Source: Squalus acanthias (Eukaryota). Taken from it: a stretch of 64,000 nucleotides of DNA. Within the stretch, counting starts at the first letter, position 1. The number at the start of each line of letters is the position of its first letter. The DNA lies in assembly GCA_030390025.1 (NCBI GenBank), contig JASTWF010000033.1:2792001-2856000 (forward strand), in the 5' to 3' direction. Position numbers and translations under genes: made by a program. A model generated the notes under the pieces. The model had not been told where the DNA came from. It worked only from the letters and a program-made list of their open reading frames with translations, and made no database searches. Below are positions 1 through 13,052 of the stretch, piece by piece.

Positions 1-2880
1 AAATCATCGATGTAGAATGTGAATTGCTGAGGCCCAAGCACTGATCCTTGCGGTACCCCAGCATTTACAACCCGTTAATTACCCGTTTATTCCTACTTTC
101 TGTTATCTGTCCGTTAACCAATCCTCAATCCATGCTATTATATTACCCCCAATTCTATGAGCCCTAATTTTGTTTAATAACCTCTTGTGTAGCACCTTAT
201 CGAATGCCTTCTGAAAATCCAAATACACCACATCCATACGTTCCCATTGGTTCCCCTTATCTATTAACAAACTCAAAGAACTCTTAACAGATTTGTCAAA
301 CATGATTTCCATTTCATAAATCAGTGTTGACTCTGCCCAATCGTTTTATTATTTTCTAAGTGCCCTGTTACCACGTCCTTAATAATATATTCTAGCATTT
401 TAGCTACTACTGATGTCAGGCTAACTGGTATTCAGTTCCCTGTTTACTCTCTCCCTCCTATCTTAACAACCAATGCATCAACTATTTATATAGTCAATTC
501 TTTCAAAACCCTAGGATGTAGGCTAACAGTTACAGGGGATTTATCGGCTTTCAGTCACGTTATTTTTTCCAGTACTACTTTTTTACTGATACTAATATCT
601 TTTAGTTCCTCATTCTCGCTAGTCCCATGGTTGTCCATCATTTCTGGGAAGTTTTTTGCGTCTTCTTCCGTGAAGACAGACACAAAGTACTTTTTTAATT
701 TCTCTGTTATTTCCTTAATCCCCATTATAATTTCTCCTGTCTCAGACTGTAAGGGACACACATCAACTTTCGCTAATCTTTTCCTTTTTACATACCTATA
801 GAAGTTTTTACAATCTGTTTTTATGTCTCTCGCTGGATTACTCTCATATTCTTTTTTCAATTTCTGTATCAATCTCTTGGTCCTCCTTTTCTGAATTCTA
901 AAATCGGCCCAATCCTCAAGCTTACACTCTTCGTGGCAACATTATAAGCCTCTTCCTTTGATCTAATACTATGTTTAACTTCTCTTGTTATCCACGTTGG
1001 ACCACTTTTCCTTTTGTTTTTTTTGCCTTAAAGGTATGTATATTTCTTGTAAATTATGTGTTAATTATTTTAATGCTAGCCATTGCTTGATCACTGTCAT
1101 ACCTTTTAATGTAGTTTCCCAAACTACATTAGCCAACTCGCCTCTCATATCTAAGTAGTTTGCTTTGTTTAGATTTAAGACCCTAGTTTCGGATTTAAAT
1201 AAGTCACTTTCAAACTCAATATAAAATTATATCTTATTGTGGTCACTCTCCCCTAAAGGCCCCTTTACTACAAGGTTATTAATTAACCTTTTCTCGTTGC
1301 ACAATAGTAGATCTGAAATAGCCTGTCCCGTAGTTAATTCCTCAACATACTGATCTAGAAAACTATCTTGAATGCATTGCATGAATTCGTCCTCCACACT
1401 ATTACGGGAAATTTGGCTTGCCCAGTCTATTAGATTACTATATTACCCTTGCTCCATGCGCCTCTAATTGCCTGATGTATACTTTGCCCTACATTACAAC
1501 TACTGTTTGGGGGCTTATAAACAACTCCCACCAATATTTTGCCCCTTGCTCTTTCTTAGCTCCAACCGAAGTGATTCTACTTCTTGATTTTCATGCTAAG
1601 ATCCTTTCTCTCTCCTGTCTTTATCCCACCTTTATTATCAGGGCGACCCCTCCTCCTTTTCCATTTTGCCTATCCCTTCTGAAAGTTATGTATCTTAGAA
1701 TATTTAGTTGCCAACTTTGGCCACTTTGCAATTACGTCTCGGTAATGGCTCGTAGATCAAAACTGTTCATTTCTATATTGCGTTATTATTTCATTCAATT
1801 TTATTGAGAACGCTTCGCGCATTCAGATATAGTGCCGTTAGCTTTCACTTATTTCTCTTTTTCCCTGATGTCACCCTAGTCACTGATGCCTTATTACCTT
1901 TGTTACTCTCTCTGTCCCGTACTGATCCGCTCTTCTGATTTTTACCCAAAACTCTACTCTGCTCTCGAGCCTTGACATTTCTATCATTGCTTTTAAATTT
2001 ACTCTTTCCTGAATCGTCCCGCACCTTTCATTAGTTTAAAACCCTGGCTACTGCCTTAGTTATTCAGTTCACCAGGACACTGGTCCCAGCCCGGTTTAAG
2101 TGGAGCCCGTCCCAAAGGAACAGCTCCCTCTTTCCCCAGTACTGGTGCCAGTGCTCCATGAACCGAAACCCCTTCCTCCCACACCACACTTTGAGCGACG
2201 CATTTAAACCTCTAATATTTTTGTCCCTATGCCAATTTGCGCATGGCTCAGGTATCAATCCAGAGATTATTACCATTGTGGTTCTGCTTTTCAATTTTGA
2301 TCCTAGCTCCTCAGTCTCCCTCAAAAGAACCTCATTCCGAGTTCTGCCGATGTCCTCGGTTCCTAGGTGGACCAAGACAACATAATCCTCTCCCTTCCAC
2401 TTCAAGTTCTTCTCCAGCCGCAAGGAGATGTATTTAACCCTGGCACCCGGGCAGGTAACACAACCTTTTGAACTCTCGTCGGCTGCAGAGAACAGTATCT
2501 ATCAGCCTGACTATACTGTCCACTACCAGAACTACATTCCATACCCTCCCCCCACTTAAATGTCCTCCTGCACCTGGTGCCATGGTCAGCCTGCTCAACC
2601 ATCCTACAGGCTTTTCCCTCATCCACACAGGCAGCAACAACTTCATACCTGTTGGGCAATGGCAAAGGTTTAGGCTGCTCCAGCACTGCACCTGTGGTCC
2701 CCTTACCTGCCTGAGTTGCAGTCACACCCTCCTGTCCCTGTGCACTAACCAGACCTGCACCACTACGTAACCTAAGAGGTGTGACTGCCTCTTTGATCAA
2801 AGTGCCCAGGTAACTCTCAGTAACCCTGATGCCCTGCAATGTCTGCATCTCAGACTCCAGCTCAAAAACTCTGAACTGAA
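1..2880 (-). mobile_element. Degraded CR1-type LINE (ORF1 SGNH-esterase remnant + ORF2 fragments), running off the left edge of the window
   Basis: ORF 103-312 has RT motif YLDFQKAFDKV; ORF 555-872 has CR1 ORF2 linker (FYRYVKRKR...YFVSVFT); ORF 2064-2423 has VHLGTEDI...DGLHLN, SGNH-like as in CR1 ORF1; many stops and frameshifts. Confidence 0.88.
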
Positions 2881-2904
2881 GTTCCTCAGTGAAGATTCTC
2901 AGCC

Positions 2905-3288
2905 TTTAAAGAGACAGGCCCAGTCACACAGGCGTTTTAAAGAGACAGGGCCAAACGCACAGGCTTTTCAAAGGGACAGGACCAGTCACACAGGCATCTT
3001 ACAGAGAAAGGACCAGACACACCGCCTTTTTAAAGAGACAGAACCAGACACACAGGCTTATTAATGAGACAGAATCAGGCACACATGCATTTTAAAGTGA
3101 CAGTACGAGTCACACAGGTTTTTTAAAGAAACAGGAACAGTCGCACAGGCTTTTTAAAGAGGCAGGCCCAGTCTGACAGGTTTTTTAAAGAGACAAGCCC
3201 AGTCACACATGCTTTTTAAAGACAGGCCCTGTCACCCAGTCTTTTTAATGAGACAGGCCCTGTCACCCAGGCTTTTTAATGAGACAGG
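2905..3288. repeat. ~32-bp minisatellite (tttaaagagacaggcccagtcacacaggc-like), ~12 degenerate copies
   Basis: Repeated tttaaagagacagg..cagtcacacagg units visible. Confidence 0.9.
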
Positions 3289-3605
3289 AGTGCTGCACTG
3301 TCGGAGGGGTAGTACTAATGGAGCACTGCACTGTCGGAGGGGCAGTATTGAGGCAGCGCCGCACTGTCAGAGGGGCAGTACTGAGGGAGCGCTGCACTGT
3401 TTGAGGGGCAGTGCTGAGGGAGCGCCACACTGTCGGAGGGGCAGTACTAAGGGAGCGCTACACTATCTGAGGGGTAGTACTGTGGGAGCATCGCACTGTC
3501 GGAGGGGCAGTACTGAGGGATCTCCCCACTATCTGAGGGGTAGTGCTGAGGGAGCGCTGCTCTATCTGAGGGGTAGTACTGTGGTAGCGCTGTATTGTCG
3601 GAGGA
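3289..3605. repeat. 30-bp minisatellite (gcactgtcggaggggcagtactgagggagc), ~10 copies, derived from the adjacent SINE
   Basis: Direct tandem units running into the DeuSINE body. Confidence 0.9.
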
Positions 3606-3906
3606 GCCGTCTTACTGATGCAACGTTAAACCGAGGCCCCATCTGCTGTCTCTCAGGTGGACGGCAACGATCAGTGGATTTATCCCCAGTGTTCGGGCCG
3701 ATATCTATCTCAATCAACATCACTAAAACAGATGATTTGGTCATTATCACATTGCTGTTTGTGGGAAATGCTGTGCCCAAACTGGCTGCCGTGTTTCCTA
3801 CAGTACAACACTGACTGCACTTCAAAAGTGCACTATAGGCAGTAAAGTGCTTTGGGTGATCCCAAGGTCGTAAACGGCGCTCTATAAATGCAAGTCTTGC
3901 TTTCTT
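3590..3906 (+). mobile_element. SacSINE1-like DeuSINE (5' part missing)
   Basis: Deu-domain-like gtcggagg..ccgtctt..gatg..acgttaaaccgaggcccc; 3' end ggcgctctataaatgcaagtc. Confidence 0.7.
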
Positions 3907-4079
3907 AATAGTTACTTTCAAAAGGTAATTGAATATATGCTTGAAAAGGAGGAATTTTCAGGGCTATGGGGAAACAGCTTAATTGTTCAGTACCATTCAC
4001 GACTGGATAGGACAGCTTTGAAATAATCTGATATGTTCGTTGTGCGATCGCTTGAATCTGTTTAAATGCATCCCACTGA

Positions 4080-4670
4080 GCACGATGGAGGTGGCACATG
4101 ATACGATGGATGGTGTCCTCAGTGTGAAGGTGAGAGTTATTCTCCACAAATATTATGCAGTGATCAGTCCTACCAATAGCGTCATGGGCAGATGTACATG
4201 TGATAGGTAGATTGGTGAGGACGAGGACAAGCAGGCTTTTCTCTCATGTTGGTTCTCCCACCACCTGCCGCAATCCCAGTCTGGCAGTTGTGTTCTTCAG
4301 GGCTCGGTTAATGATGGTGATTCCGGGTCAGTCTTGGTGATAGATATTGAAGTCTCCCCCTCCCAAATCAGAGATTATTTTGTGCCCTTTCAGCTCTCGG
4401 TGCTCGCATCAAATGGTGTTCTTCATGAAGCTGAGGGACGGCGGCATCATCAGGAAGTTACCTTGCCCATGTTTGATTGGAAACCATGAGACTTCTTTAT
4501 GTCCTTAGTCAATGTTGAGGACTCGCAGGATCTCTCCCACCCAACTATATACCCCTGTGCCCACACCTCTGGTGTGTCTGTCCTTCGGTGGCACAGGACA
4601 TACCCTGGGATGGTGATGGAGCACTCGGGAATGTTGACTGATAGTATGGTTCTGTGACTATGACTGTGCG
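4080..4670 (-). mobile_element. Degraded LINE endonuclease-region fragment
   Basis: ORF 4450-4698 contains ITIPGYVLCHRR, typical of APE-type LINE endonucleases; otherwise broken. Confidence 0.5.
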
Positions 4671-4894
4671 AGAAATCAAAGGTTCCAGAACGTTTCATGG
4701 AGTATTGAGATGGTTACAGAGCATTTATCTCATTAGCTAATATTTTAAACGTTTTCCTTTGATTCCTTTCTGTCAAACCTATGATGGTTTTATTTATTCT
4801 ATCCCTTTGTAAAGCACCATTACAAGTTTGATTGGGTGAGGTCAATGTTTAGAGACATCTTGTTGTTCTTGCTCTAGTATCAGTCCCTGGGTAT

Positions 4895-5735
4895 GACATT
4901 CCTGGACTGAGCCAGGAGCAATGTAATATAGGCGGACGAGGGAATTACATTTCAGGACTAAGGCGGGAGCAGTGTAATCTAGACGGCCCAGCGAATGAAA
5001 TTCCTCGACTGAGGTGGGAGCAATGTAATCCAGGCGGCCCTGGGAATAAAATTCCTGGATTCACGCTGGCGCAGTGTAATAACGGCGGCCCTGGGAATGA
5101 AATTCCTCGACTGAGGCGGGAGCAGTGCAATCTAGGCGGCCCTGGGAATGAAATTCCTATCTGAGGGGCATCAGTGTAAACTAGGCGGCCCTGGTAATGG
5201 AACTCCTGTACTGAGGGGGAGCAGTGTAATCCATGCGGCCCTGGGAATGAAATTCCTGGACTGAGGCGGGAGCAGTGTAATACAGGGAGGCTACCTGGAC
5301 TGAGGCGGGAGCAGTGTAATACAGGCGGCCCTGGGAATGAAATTCCTGGACTGAGGCGGGAGCAGTGTAATACAGGCGGCCCTGGGAATTAAATTTCTGG
5401 ACTCATGGGGAGCAGTGTAATCCAGGCGGCCCTGGGAATGAAATTCCTGGACTCATGGGGAGCAGTGTAATCAAGGCGGCCCTGGTAATGAAATTCACAG
5501 GATTGAGGCTGGAGCATTGTCAACTTGGTGGCCTTGAGAATGAAATTCCTGAACTGAGGTAGGAGCAGTGCCATCCAATCGGCCCTAGGATTTAACTTCC
5601 TGGACTGATGCTGTAGCAATGCTATCCAGGCGGCCCTGGCAATTCAATTCCTGGACTGAGGCGGGAACAGTGTAATCGAGGTGGCTCTGGGAATGAAATT
5701 CCTGGATTGTGTAGGGAGCAGTGTCATTTAGGCGA
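4895..5735. repeat. 51-bp minisatellite (ggaatgaaattcctggactgaggcgggagcagtgtaatacaggcggccctg), ~16 copies
   Basis: Period 51 measured between 5321 and 5372; copies decay toward both ends. Confidence 0.92.
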
Positions 5736-6301
5736 GTCCCATTGTTCCATCACTGGGATTCGGTCTAAGATCCTGCCATTTAGGAACATTTACTTATTGT
5801 GAATGTTTTTACCATGATGGCCTGGGGAAAAAATAAGGCAAGGAACACGATTGGAGCAATCCATCTTTATCATCTTCATTCCTTCCTTTTTTCTGTCACT
5901 TTCTGGTCTTTTGTTCTCAGTTTGAGTTCAGTACAGCGAGGGAAACTCCATTGTCTCTGCTCTGTCATCGGGATTTTATGGGCGGGTGTAATATTGCTCA
6001 TTCGCTCACTTTTAATTTAAAGCTGTTGACAATAAGGTGTACTAGATTGTGTTGCAGTAAAGTGTTGCGGTGACAATGGTTTAATGAGTCTGTTTCTTCA
6101 ATTACTGTAATTAATGAGGCCCAATGATGTCACTCGCGGATTTCTCTCTGCTCTAAATAAGGAGCTCCCTTCACTGTACCACCTAACACAATCAGCACGT
6201 TACCTCCAGCACAATAACAATAGCCACTCACAGAAGGGAAGTCGTGGCATCCGTCACAATTTTATAAACTGAAGGGAGGCGGATAACAGTAATATGTTGG
6301 A

Positions 6302-6350
6302 ATGTACAAAAGATTTACTATCCCCCTCCTCGCTGCTCTAGATGTTCCTA
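6302..6350 (+). CDS. Probable exon 1 of GPR139-like GPCR (MYKRFTIPLLAALDVP, phase-1 donor)
   Basis: ATG 6302, donor GTAAGT at 6351; joins in frame to acceptor at 8321/8322, giving 951 nt = 316 aa + stop. Confidence 0.5.
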
Positions 6351-6894
6351 GTAAGTATCTATGTCCAGTTATTAATTTTGTAAACCATATGGCACTCTAA
6401 TATTATTATTGCTATTTACCGTGGGATACTCAGTTATTAATGGTATTCTGCGCTTCAAATTGTTGCATCTTTGTTAACGCATGGGTTGTTGTTTAAAAAT
6501 AGTGGAACTTCCTCGCATTGGTTGTTCCTGGTAAGTCTCACTAAACAGCTATTAATTGTGGAAATAATGTTTATCTGTATTATTGTTCTTGTCATTTAAG
6601 CCACCACAACCCTCGCTGCTGTTGGTTTTCCTGGTAAGGCTCTGCAGCCAGATATTAATTCTGTAAATATTGCTTAATTGTATTTCTCTCCTTGTCATTC
6701 CCCATTCCATCCGCACTGCTGTCGGCTATTGATTCTGAAGGTGATACGGGGTGATCAAGATTCAAATGTTCTATATTCAACTCAGGCAATGATATTGGAG
6801 GAGACTCTTTATTTAACGAATTTCGGACTGCTATCTACACTGAACATTTGCAATCAATCAGTAGAATTTTGTCTTGGTTTAGGGGACTTTTCAC

Positions 6895-7030
6895 CTAATG
6901 GTGAAAGTTCATCGAACTGAAACATTAGCTCCGTTTTCTCTCTCCACAGATGCACCCTTGCCCGCTGAGTATTTCCTGCATTTACAGTTTTTATTTCAGA
7001 TTTCCAGCATCCGCAGTATTCTGCTGTTAT
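6895..7030 (+). mobile_element. Penelope-like terminal-repeat remnant (family 1), ribozyme core degenerate
   Basis: tctctccacagatgc...gctgagtatttcc..ca motif shared with copies near 11930, 17300, 28950, 49430 and 58400. Confidence 0.6.
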
Positions 7031-8321
7031 TTGCACCTAATGCTCGATATGGTTGATTACACAGAGTCACAGGAACAAATCCTGGCAGATCAGATCCTCA
7101 TCTTTAAATATCTGAAATATCCGCTAATCATTCAGTTCAAGTCAGTTTCTCCTTTCCCACCATCTCCAGTTCTGTATTAGTGGCACTGCTTCTGATGGTG
7201 AAATTAAATAATTTATATTCTCACCAAATGTTCATTCAGCCAGAATGCAATGCATTTATTTCTACTGTTTGTTTTGAATTTACATTTGGATCCCATGCCC
7301 GTCTGTCACAGTTCAGTGGATCTCTCAGGGAGACCCAGAGTGATTCTCTATTGTCTCCTGCTGTACTTCAGGGTAAACAATCCCAGCTGATTGTAACTGA
7401 AGTAGTGAGGATAAAAAAATCCTTTCATATTTTCGCGTCTGCTACTCTCTGCACAACTGGAAAACAACAGGTGAAAAAGTACAAGGACAACTCTCTTCCA
7501 TTTGTGTTCAGAAACTTCACAAAAGCGTTCGGTTGCACTTTGCCTTCGGCAATATACGTCTGACTTCGATGCTAATAAATGCATTTAGTGGGACATTACC
7601 TGATCAATGATACTATTTATTGTAATTCAGAGTCCATTCTCATTAATATTATTCGTAAAGTTATTTGAAAAATCTTCCTTTCAATGAGCTACAGTTCGTG
7701 TACTTCATCAGAACTGTCGAAAACTCATTCTTTAACACACAAATTAAGCCCAGTTATCTTTATAACTGCAGTGCACTTGTATTTATTACTTTAGCCTTGT
7801 CATATTACATCCGTGCATTTTACATACAATTGCCTGTAGATTTGCGTATTTTTCTGTTGCATTCATTCTCAATTCTAAGTATAATGGATATTCTAACCAG
7901 GACTAGGAATACAAGCGGGATTTCCCCCTCTCCAACACAGTGGCACAGAAACGAATTGCACCGCTCCAAATGCTGACTGATCCCGGGACATGAAGGTTTC
8001 CTGAGAGGTTCTGGTCCGTTGTGTCCCGGGTACCTCTTGCGGTGCTTTTGTCTGCTGGGCGAAAGCTGGATCTATCATTTAATCATTCATCAAACATTTG
8101 TTATTTTATGTTGTATTTATCCACATTTCATTTATTGATTCCACAATGTATTCCCGGTTATTCTTACAATAAACCCTATATTCAGCTCCACAGTTAAGAG
8201 AATTAGATTATATCATGGAATGTCGCTAATGAGTTGCAGATTTCACCCCGAATTCCATCAAACTGCTGCTCTTGCTCCCAGACTGATGTATAATTTGCCT
8301 GTTTATTTTCCTTCCTCACAG

Positions 8322-9223
8322 TTAACTTAGTGGCGATTGTGATCTTGTCTCGGGGAAAGTGCGGTCTCTCCAAATGTGTCACTCGCTACCTGGTGGCCAT
8401 GGCAGCGGCGGATCTACTGGTCGTTATCCTTGACTTGATATTGAGGCAGATTCCGATTCTTTATTGGGAACAGTTTCATTTCCTGTGGGCCTTCCCCGTG
8501 TGTAATATCCACGCCGTCCTGCTTTATGCAGCCACAGACTGTTCTGTCTGGTTCACCGTCACTTTCACCTTTGATCGATTTGTGGCTATTTGTTGCCAGA
8601 AGCTGAAAACGAAATATTGCAGCAAGAAAACGGCGTCTGTGGTTCTGGGAACAGTGACTGTGCTGAGCTGTTTAAAGAATATCACCTGGTATTTTATGTT
8701 CACAGGTCGGTATGCGCTTGGAAACATCCCCTGGTTTTGTGATGTAACAATGGACGTTCGGTCTTCACGGATCTGGGTAGCAATCGAGCTCCTTCATCAT
8801 ATTCTCACCCCGATTTTTCCATTTGTTCTGATTATGCTGCTCAATGCTGTCACCGTCAGACACATTTTAGTGGCCAGCAGAGCCCGCAGGAGACTCCGGG
8901 GTCCCAGCAATGGGGAGAGTCCCAGAGACCCAGAGATGGAGAGCCGCAGGAAATCCATCATTTTATTGCTTGTTATCTCGGGCAATTTCATCCTGTTATG
9001 GGCAGTGTTTATGGTGAATTCTATATGGAGCCGGACGTGGTATTTGGGTTCTCGGTCTGTATCTCTACCTCGTTATCTTCTGGAAATGGGATTCGGGCTG
9101 CAGCTCCTGAGTTGCTGCACAAACACTGGGATTTATGCCGTGATACAGACTAAGTTCAGAGAGCAGTTGATGAATGTGTGGAAATATCCCTTTACTCGGT
9201 TTGTAAAATTCATTAAAGGATGA
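8322..9223 (+). CDS. Main exon of class A GPCR, GPR139/GPR142-like
   Basis: Polypyrimidine tract + CAG acceptor ending 8321; uninterrupted ORF with hydrophobic TM segments, TM2 MAAADLLV, TM3 FDRFVAIC, TM7 NTGIYA; stop at 9221-9223. Confidence 0.9.
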
Positions 9224-9884
9224 GAAGAAGCGGAGACTTTGCAGCTTGAGAACTCCCTGGCCTGATATTGTGAACGAGCCGCTCTCCCCGGGCCGGGGCG
9301 ACTGCCAGCGGGGCCAGTGATCGGGGACATTCACACACTCACTCAAACACTTTCTGCGCTGAGCTCCCTGGGCCTGATATTTTGAGGGAGCTGCTCCCTC
9401 CCGGGTCGGGCCGACCGCGGTGCCAGTGATCGGGGACATTCACACGGTCACTCACACACTGTCTACACTGGACTCCCTGTGAGGGGCGCGGCCATCCTTC
9501 AGGAACCTCTGGAATGGCAGCAGTGTCCTAGACAATGATGGCGGCGCCGCTCAATGAGTAAAGCAGCGGGACAAGCCACGCCCATCACAAAGATAGCGGC
9601 TCTGGTGCCCCGCAAAAACATGGCGCTTCTGGTGACCCGCACAATGATGTCGGCTCTCACTCGGGGCCATACCTCGCGGGCGGGTTTGCAGACATTGAGC
9701 TTTCCCCTTTCCCAAAATGGAAGCCGGGGTGTGGCGGCAGGAGGCGAGCGTCCGGAGGGCAGCAGCAGAGGGATGCCCGGTTTCATGGGAGCGGGCGGCG
9801 AGCGGGTGAAGCCCGGCCCGGCCTGTCCCGCAGGAGCCCGAGCTGCCCAAACCGGGGAGGGTGCGGCCCGGCACCAGATTAACG

Positions 9885-10422
9885 CGGGAGACAGATCGGG
9901 GGACAGAGAGAGAGAGACAAACGGGGGAGAAACCCGGCATAGACAGACGGTGGTAGATGAACCGGGGGAGACAGGGTGGGGAAGACAGATCAGTGGTGAA
10001 AGACTGGGGGCGACAGACTGGTGTTGCCAGACCTGGGGAGACAGACCGGGGGATACAGAGCGGGGCAGACAGACCGGGGGAGACAGAGAGATAAAGATGG
10101 GGGATACAGACTAGGGGAGACAAATTGGGGTTGAGTGTCCTGGGGAGACAGACGGGTGGAGACAGACTTCGGAGAGACAGACTGGGGGGGGACAGAGACA
10201 AACAGATGGGGGGGGGGGGTGGTGGTGGTGACAGACCGAGGCAGACAGACAGTGGGTACAGACCATGGGAGACACACTGGGGAGACAGACTGAGGGACAA
10301 AGAGAGAGCTAGACTGTGGGAGACAGACCAGGGGAAACAGACCAGTGGTGACAGACAGAGACAGATGGGGAGACAGACAGGGGGAGCCAGAGAGAGATAG
10401 TTGGGGTTGAAGACAGACTGGC
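9885..10422. repeat. Purine-rich low-complexity repeat (ggggagacagac variants)
   Basis: Dense GAGACAGAC/GGGG units. Confidence 0.85.
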
Positions 10423-10427
10423 ACGGA

Positions 10428-10651
10428 GCGAATAGTTAGTAACTGGAATGCACTGCCTCAAATGGTGGTGGAAACAAATTCAATCGTGGCTTTCAAAAGG
10501 CAATTGGATACGTACCTGAAGGAAATAAAATGCAGGGCTATAGGGCAAGGGTGGGGGAGCGGGACTAGCTGAAGTGCTCTTGCAGAGAGCCGGCACAGGC
10601 TGGACGGGCCGAATGGCCTCCTTCTATGCTTTAAACGTTCTATGATTCTAT
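10428..10651 (+). mobile_element. CR1/HER1 LINE 3' end
   Basis: tggaatgcactgcct...gggccgaatggcctccttct...ttctatgattctat tail. Confidence 0.75.
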
Positions 10652-11075
10652 GGTCCACTTGGCACTGAAGTGTCTGAAACTCATAATCGGAACTCCACGA
10701 ATACAAAATAATGACAAATGTCAAACTGTTTTTTGACAAATAAATCTAGATTTAACTTTTAAAAGATAAATAGTTTATCAGGGGTTTACACTGACTCACC
10801 TAACTGGCCGACTCAAGCACCGCGATTGTTTGCAGAACACGCTGCTCCCTTGGCCCACCGGCCTCCAACTCTCTTCCTGTTGGTTCCCAGGGCAATCATT
10901 CAGCACTCGCCAACATTACATTGCCAGATGAGGTTCAGCGGGTCATAGGAAGAAAGAAAAGAGGCCTTGATTCTGAGTTGGGAAATACAATTAGAGAAAG
11001 ATGATCCAATTTATAAACTAAACTATTTCAAATCAATTCAAATGGATTGTTGCAATTAATATCTGCCTTGTATGC

Positions 11076-11395
11076 CAAGTGGGAAACAAGTGATATCTAG
11101 ACTGTGTAGGAGTGTTTGCGCCCAGTTACACAGCGTGTCCCTGGCTCTCTGCTACAAGTGGGAAACAAGTGATATCTGGACTGTGCAGGAGTGTTTGCGA
11201 TGGTTACACAGCGTGTCCCTGGCTCTCTGCTCCAAGTGGGAAACAAGTGATATCTGGACTGTGCAGGAGTGTTTGCGATGGTTACACAGCGTGTCCCTGG
11301 CTCTCTGCTCCACGTGGGAAACAAGTGTTGTCTGGGCTCTGCCAGGAGTGTTTGCGCCCGGTTATGAGGCGTGTCCCTGGCTCTCTGCTCCAAAT
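11076..11395. repeat. 78-bp tandem repeat, ~4 copies
   Basis: aagtgggaaacaagtgatatctggactgtgcaggagtgtttgcg repeated at a 78-bp period (11156, 11234). Confidence 0.9.
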
Positions 11396-11494
11396 GTGCT
11401 TCTTTCAGCTCACGGTCTCATTCACACATCCAACTGACTGGTTTAACCTCGCCCTTCTAAACCCCTTCACAGAAATAACAGTATTTGGTGCTGA

Positions 11495-11790
11495 GGTGTG
11501 CTCAACCTTTATAAAGCACTGGTTAAGCCTTAGCTGGAGAATTGTTTCCAATTCTGGGCGCCACACTTTAGGAACGTTATCAAGTCCTTGGAGAGGGTGC
11601 AGAGGAGATTTACTAGAACGGTACCAGGGATGAGGGACTTTGGTTGTGTGGAGAGACTGGAGAAGCTGGGGTTGTACTGCTTAGAGCAGAGAAGGTTAAG
11701 AGGAGATTTAATAGATGATAAATAAGGAGAAACTGTTTCCACTGGCAGAAGGGTCTGTAACCAGAGGACACAGATTTAAGGAGATTTTCA
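11495..11790 (+). mobile_element. CR1 LINE RT C-terminal fragment
   Basis: Degraded CVQFW.PH / LERVQRRFTR / LEQRRLRGDLI coding signature. Confidence 0.7.
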
Positions 11791-13052
11791 AAAGAACCTG
11801 ACGTGACGTTAAATTCGGCAGGGGCTGTGGGAAACCGTTCACCCGGGTTTCCTGCCCGCTTCCGGCCGCCCCCACCCCACCATCCCGCCGCCCCCAACCT
11901 AGGAAAGTATTAAACTCCAGTTCGTTAACTCTGATTCTCTCCCCACAGATATTGCATGATCTGCTGAGTATTTCCAGCAGTTTCTCTTTTTATTTCAGAT
12001 TTCCAGCATCTGCAGTATTTGGTTTAGTTTTATTGCTGGCGTTGCTCACAACACCGAGTCTGGTATCACAGGTGGACCAAGTAAGAGCCGGTTTGCATCA
12101 GAGTGGCAGAAGTAGGTCCCTGGCCTCCTGTGTAGGTCATTTTGTTAAATCTGTTTGAGCTGGAGTGGAGTTGGAGGAAAAGCTGCCGGGTTTAACCCCG
12201 GGTAGTCTTGAAGCCAGTAGGGCCCAACAATGTCCGATGTGGTATTGGTAAAGGAGATAGATTCTCGGGGAGATTAGGTTGCTAAACAGATACTGTCCGT
12301 ACAATGTAAAAGGGTTTTGTTTTAGGAACAAGTATTTCTGTAGAGGATTTTCATCCATTTTACATGTACAGGTGTTTTTAATTATTTCTTGGCAAGGCCA
12401 GCATTTATTGCCCATCCCAAAATGCCCTTGAAAAGGTAGTGGTGAGCCGCCTGCTTGAACCGCGGCATTCCATGTAGTGAAGGTGCTCCCACAGTGCTGT
12501 TAGGGAGGGAGTTCCAGGATTTTCACCAAGCGACGATGACGGGACAGCGAACGTTTCCAAATCAGTATAGCGTGTGACTTGGAGGGCAACTTGTACCTAC
12601 TTTCATTGTCCTTCTAGGTGGTGGAGGTCCCAGATTTGTGAGGTGCTGTCAAAGTTCTGGTCCAGTTGCAGATGTACAAAGTCGCTCTCCTTCACCTCCT
12701 CCCACCTCCCCCATTCTCACCTCCCATAGGGGCCAGATTCTTGTGTAGGCCCTGACCGGGTGACGGGTTCCCTTCCCTGGAGGACATGAGAGAAGCAGTG
12801 GGTTTTTTATGACAATCGGCACCTTTTTCAAGCGTCGCCCCCCAAATTCCCAGGTTAATATAGCGCAATTTCACAACTTGCCTTTGAGTTTTTGTGAGTT
12901 CTCTCTCACGCTCCCCTTTTCCTATTTTAAATTCATTTTACAGGGTATTAGAGTTGCAGGATTTGGAGACAGAAAGCTCAACCTAAACATTAGGTCACGA
13001 GCTGACAGAGTCACTCGATTCATCGGGACCTGAATATCACCAGCCTTTGAAC

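Noticed and set aside
3209..3814. 201-aa ORF with HCRRGSTEGA repeats
   Set aside because: Translation of a 30-bp minisatellite plus SINE; no independent coding evidence
7180..7976. ORFs of 127 and 103 aa
   Set aside because: AT-rich, no recognisable motifs, and inside the inferred GPCR intron
9551..10424. Long overlapping ORFs on both strands (249, 186, 144 aa)
   Set aside because: GC-rich low-complexity repeat lacking stops
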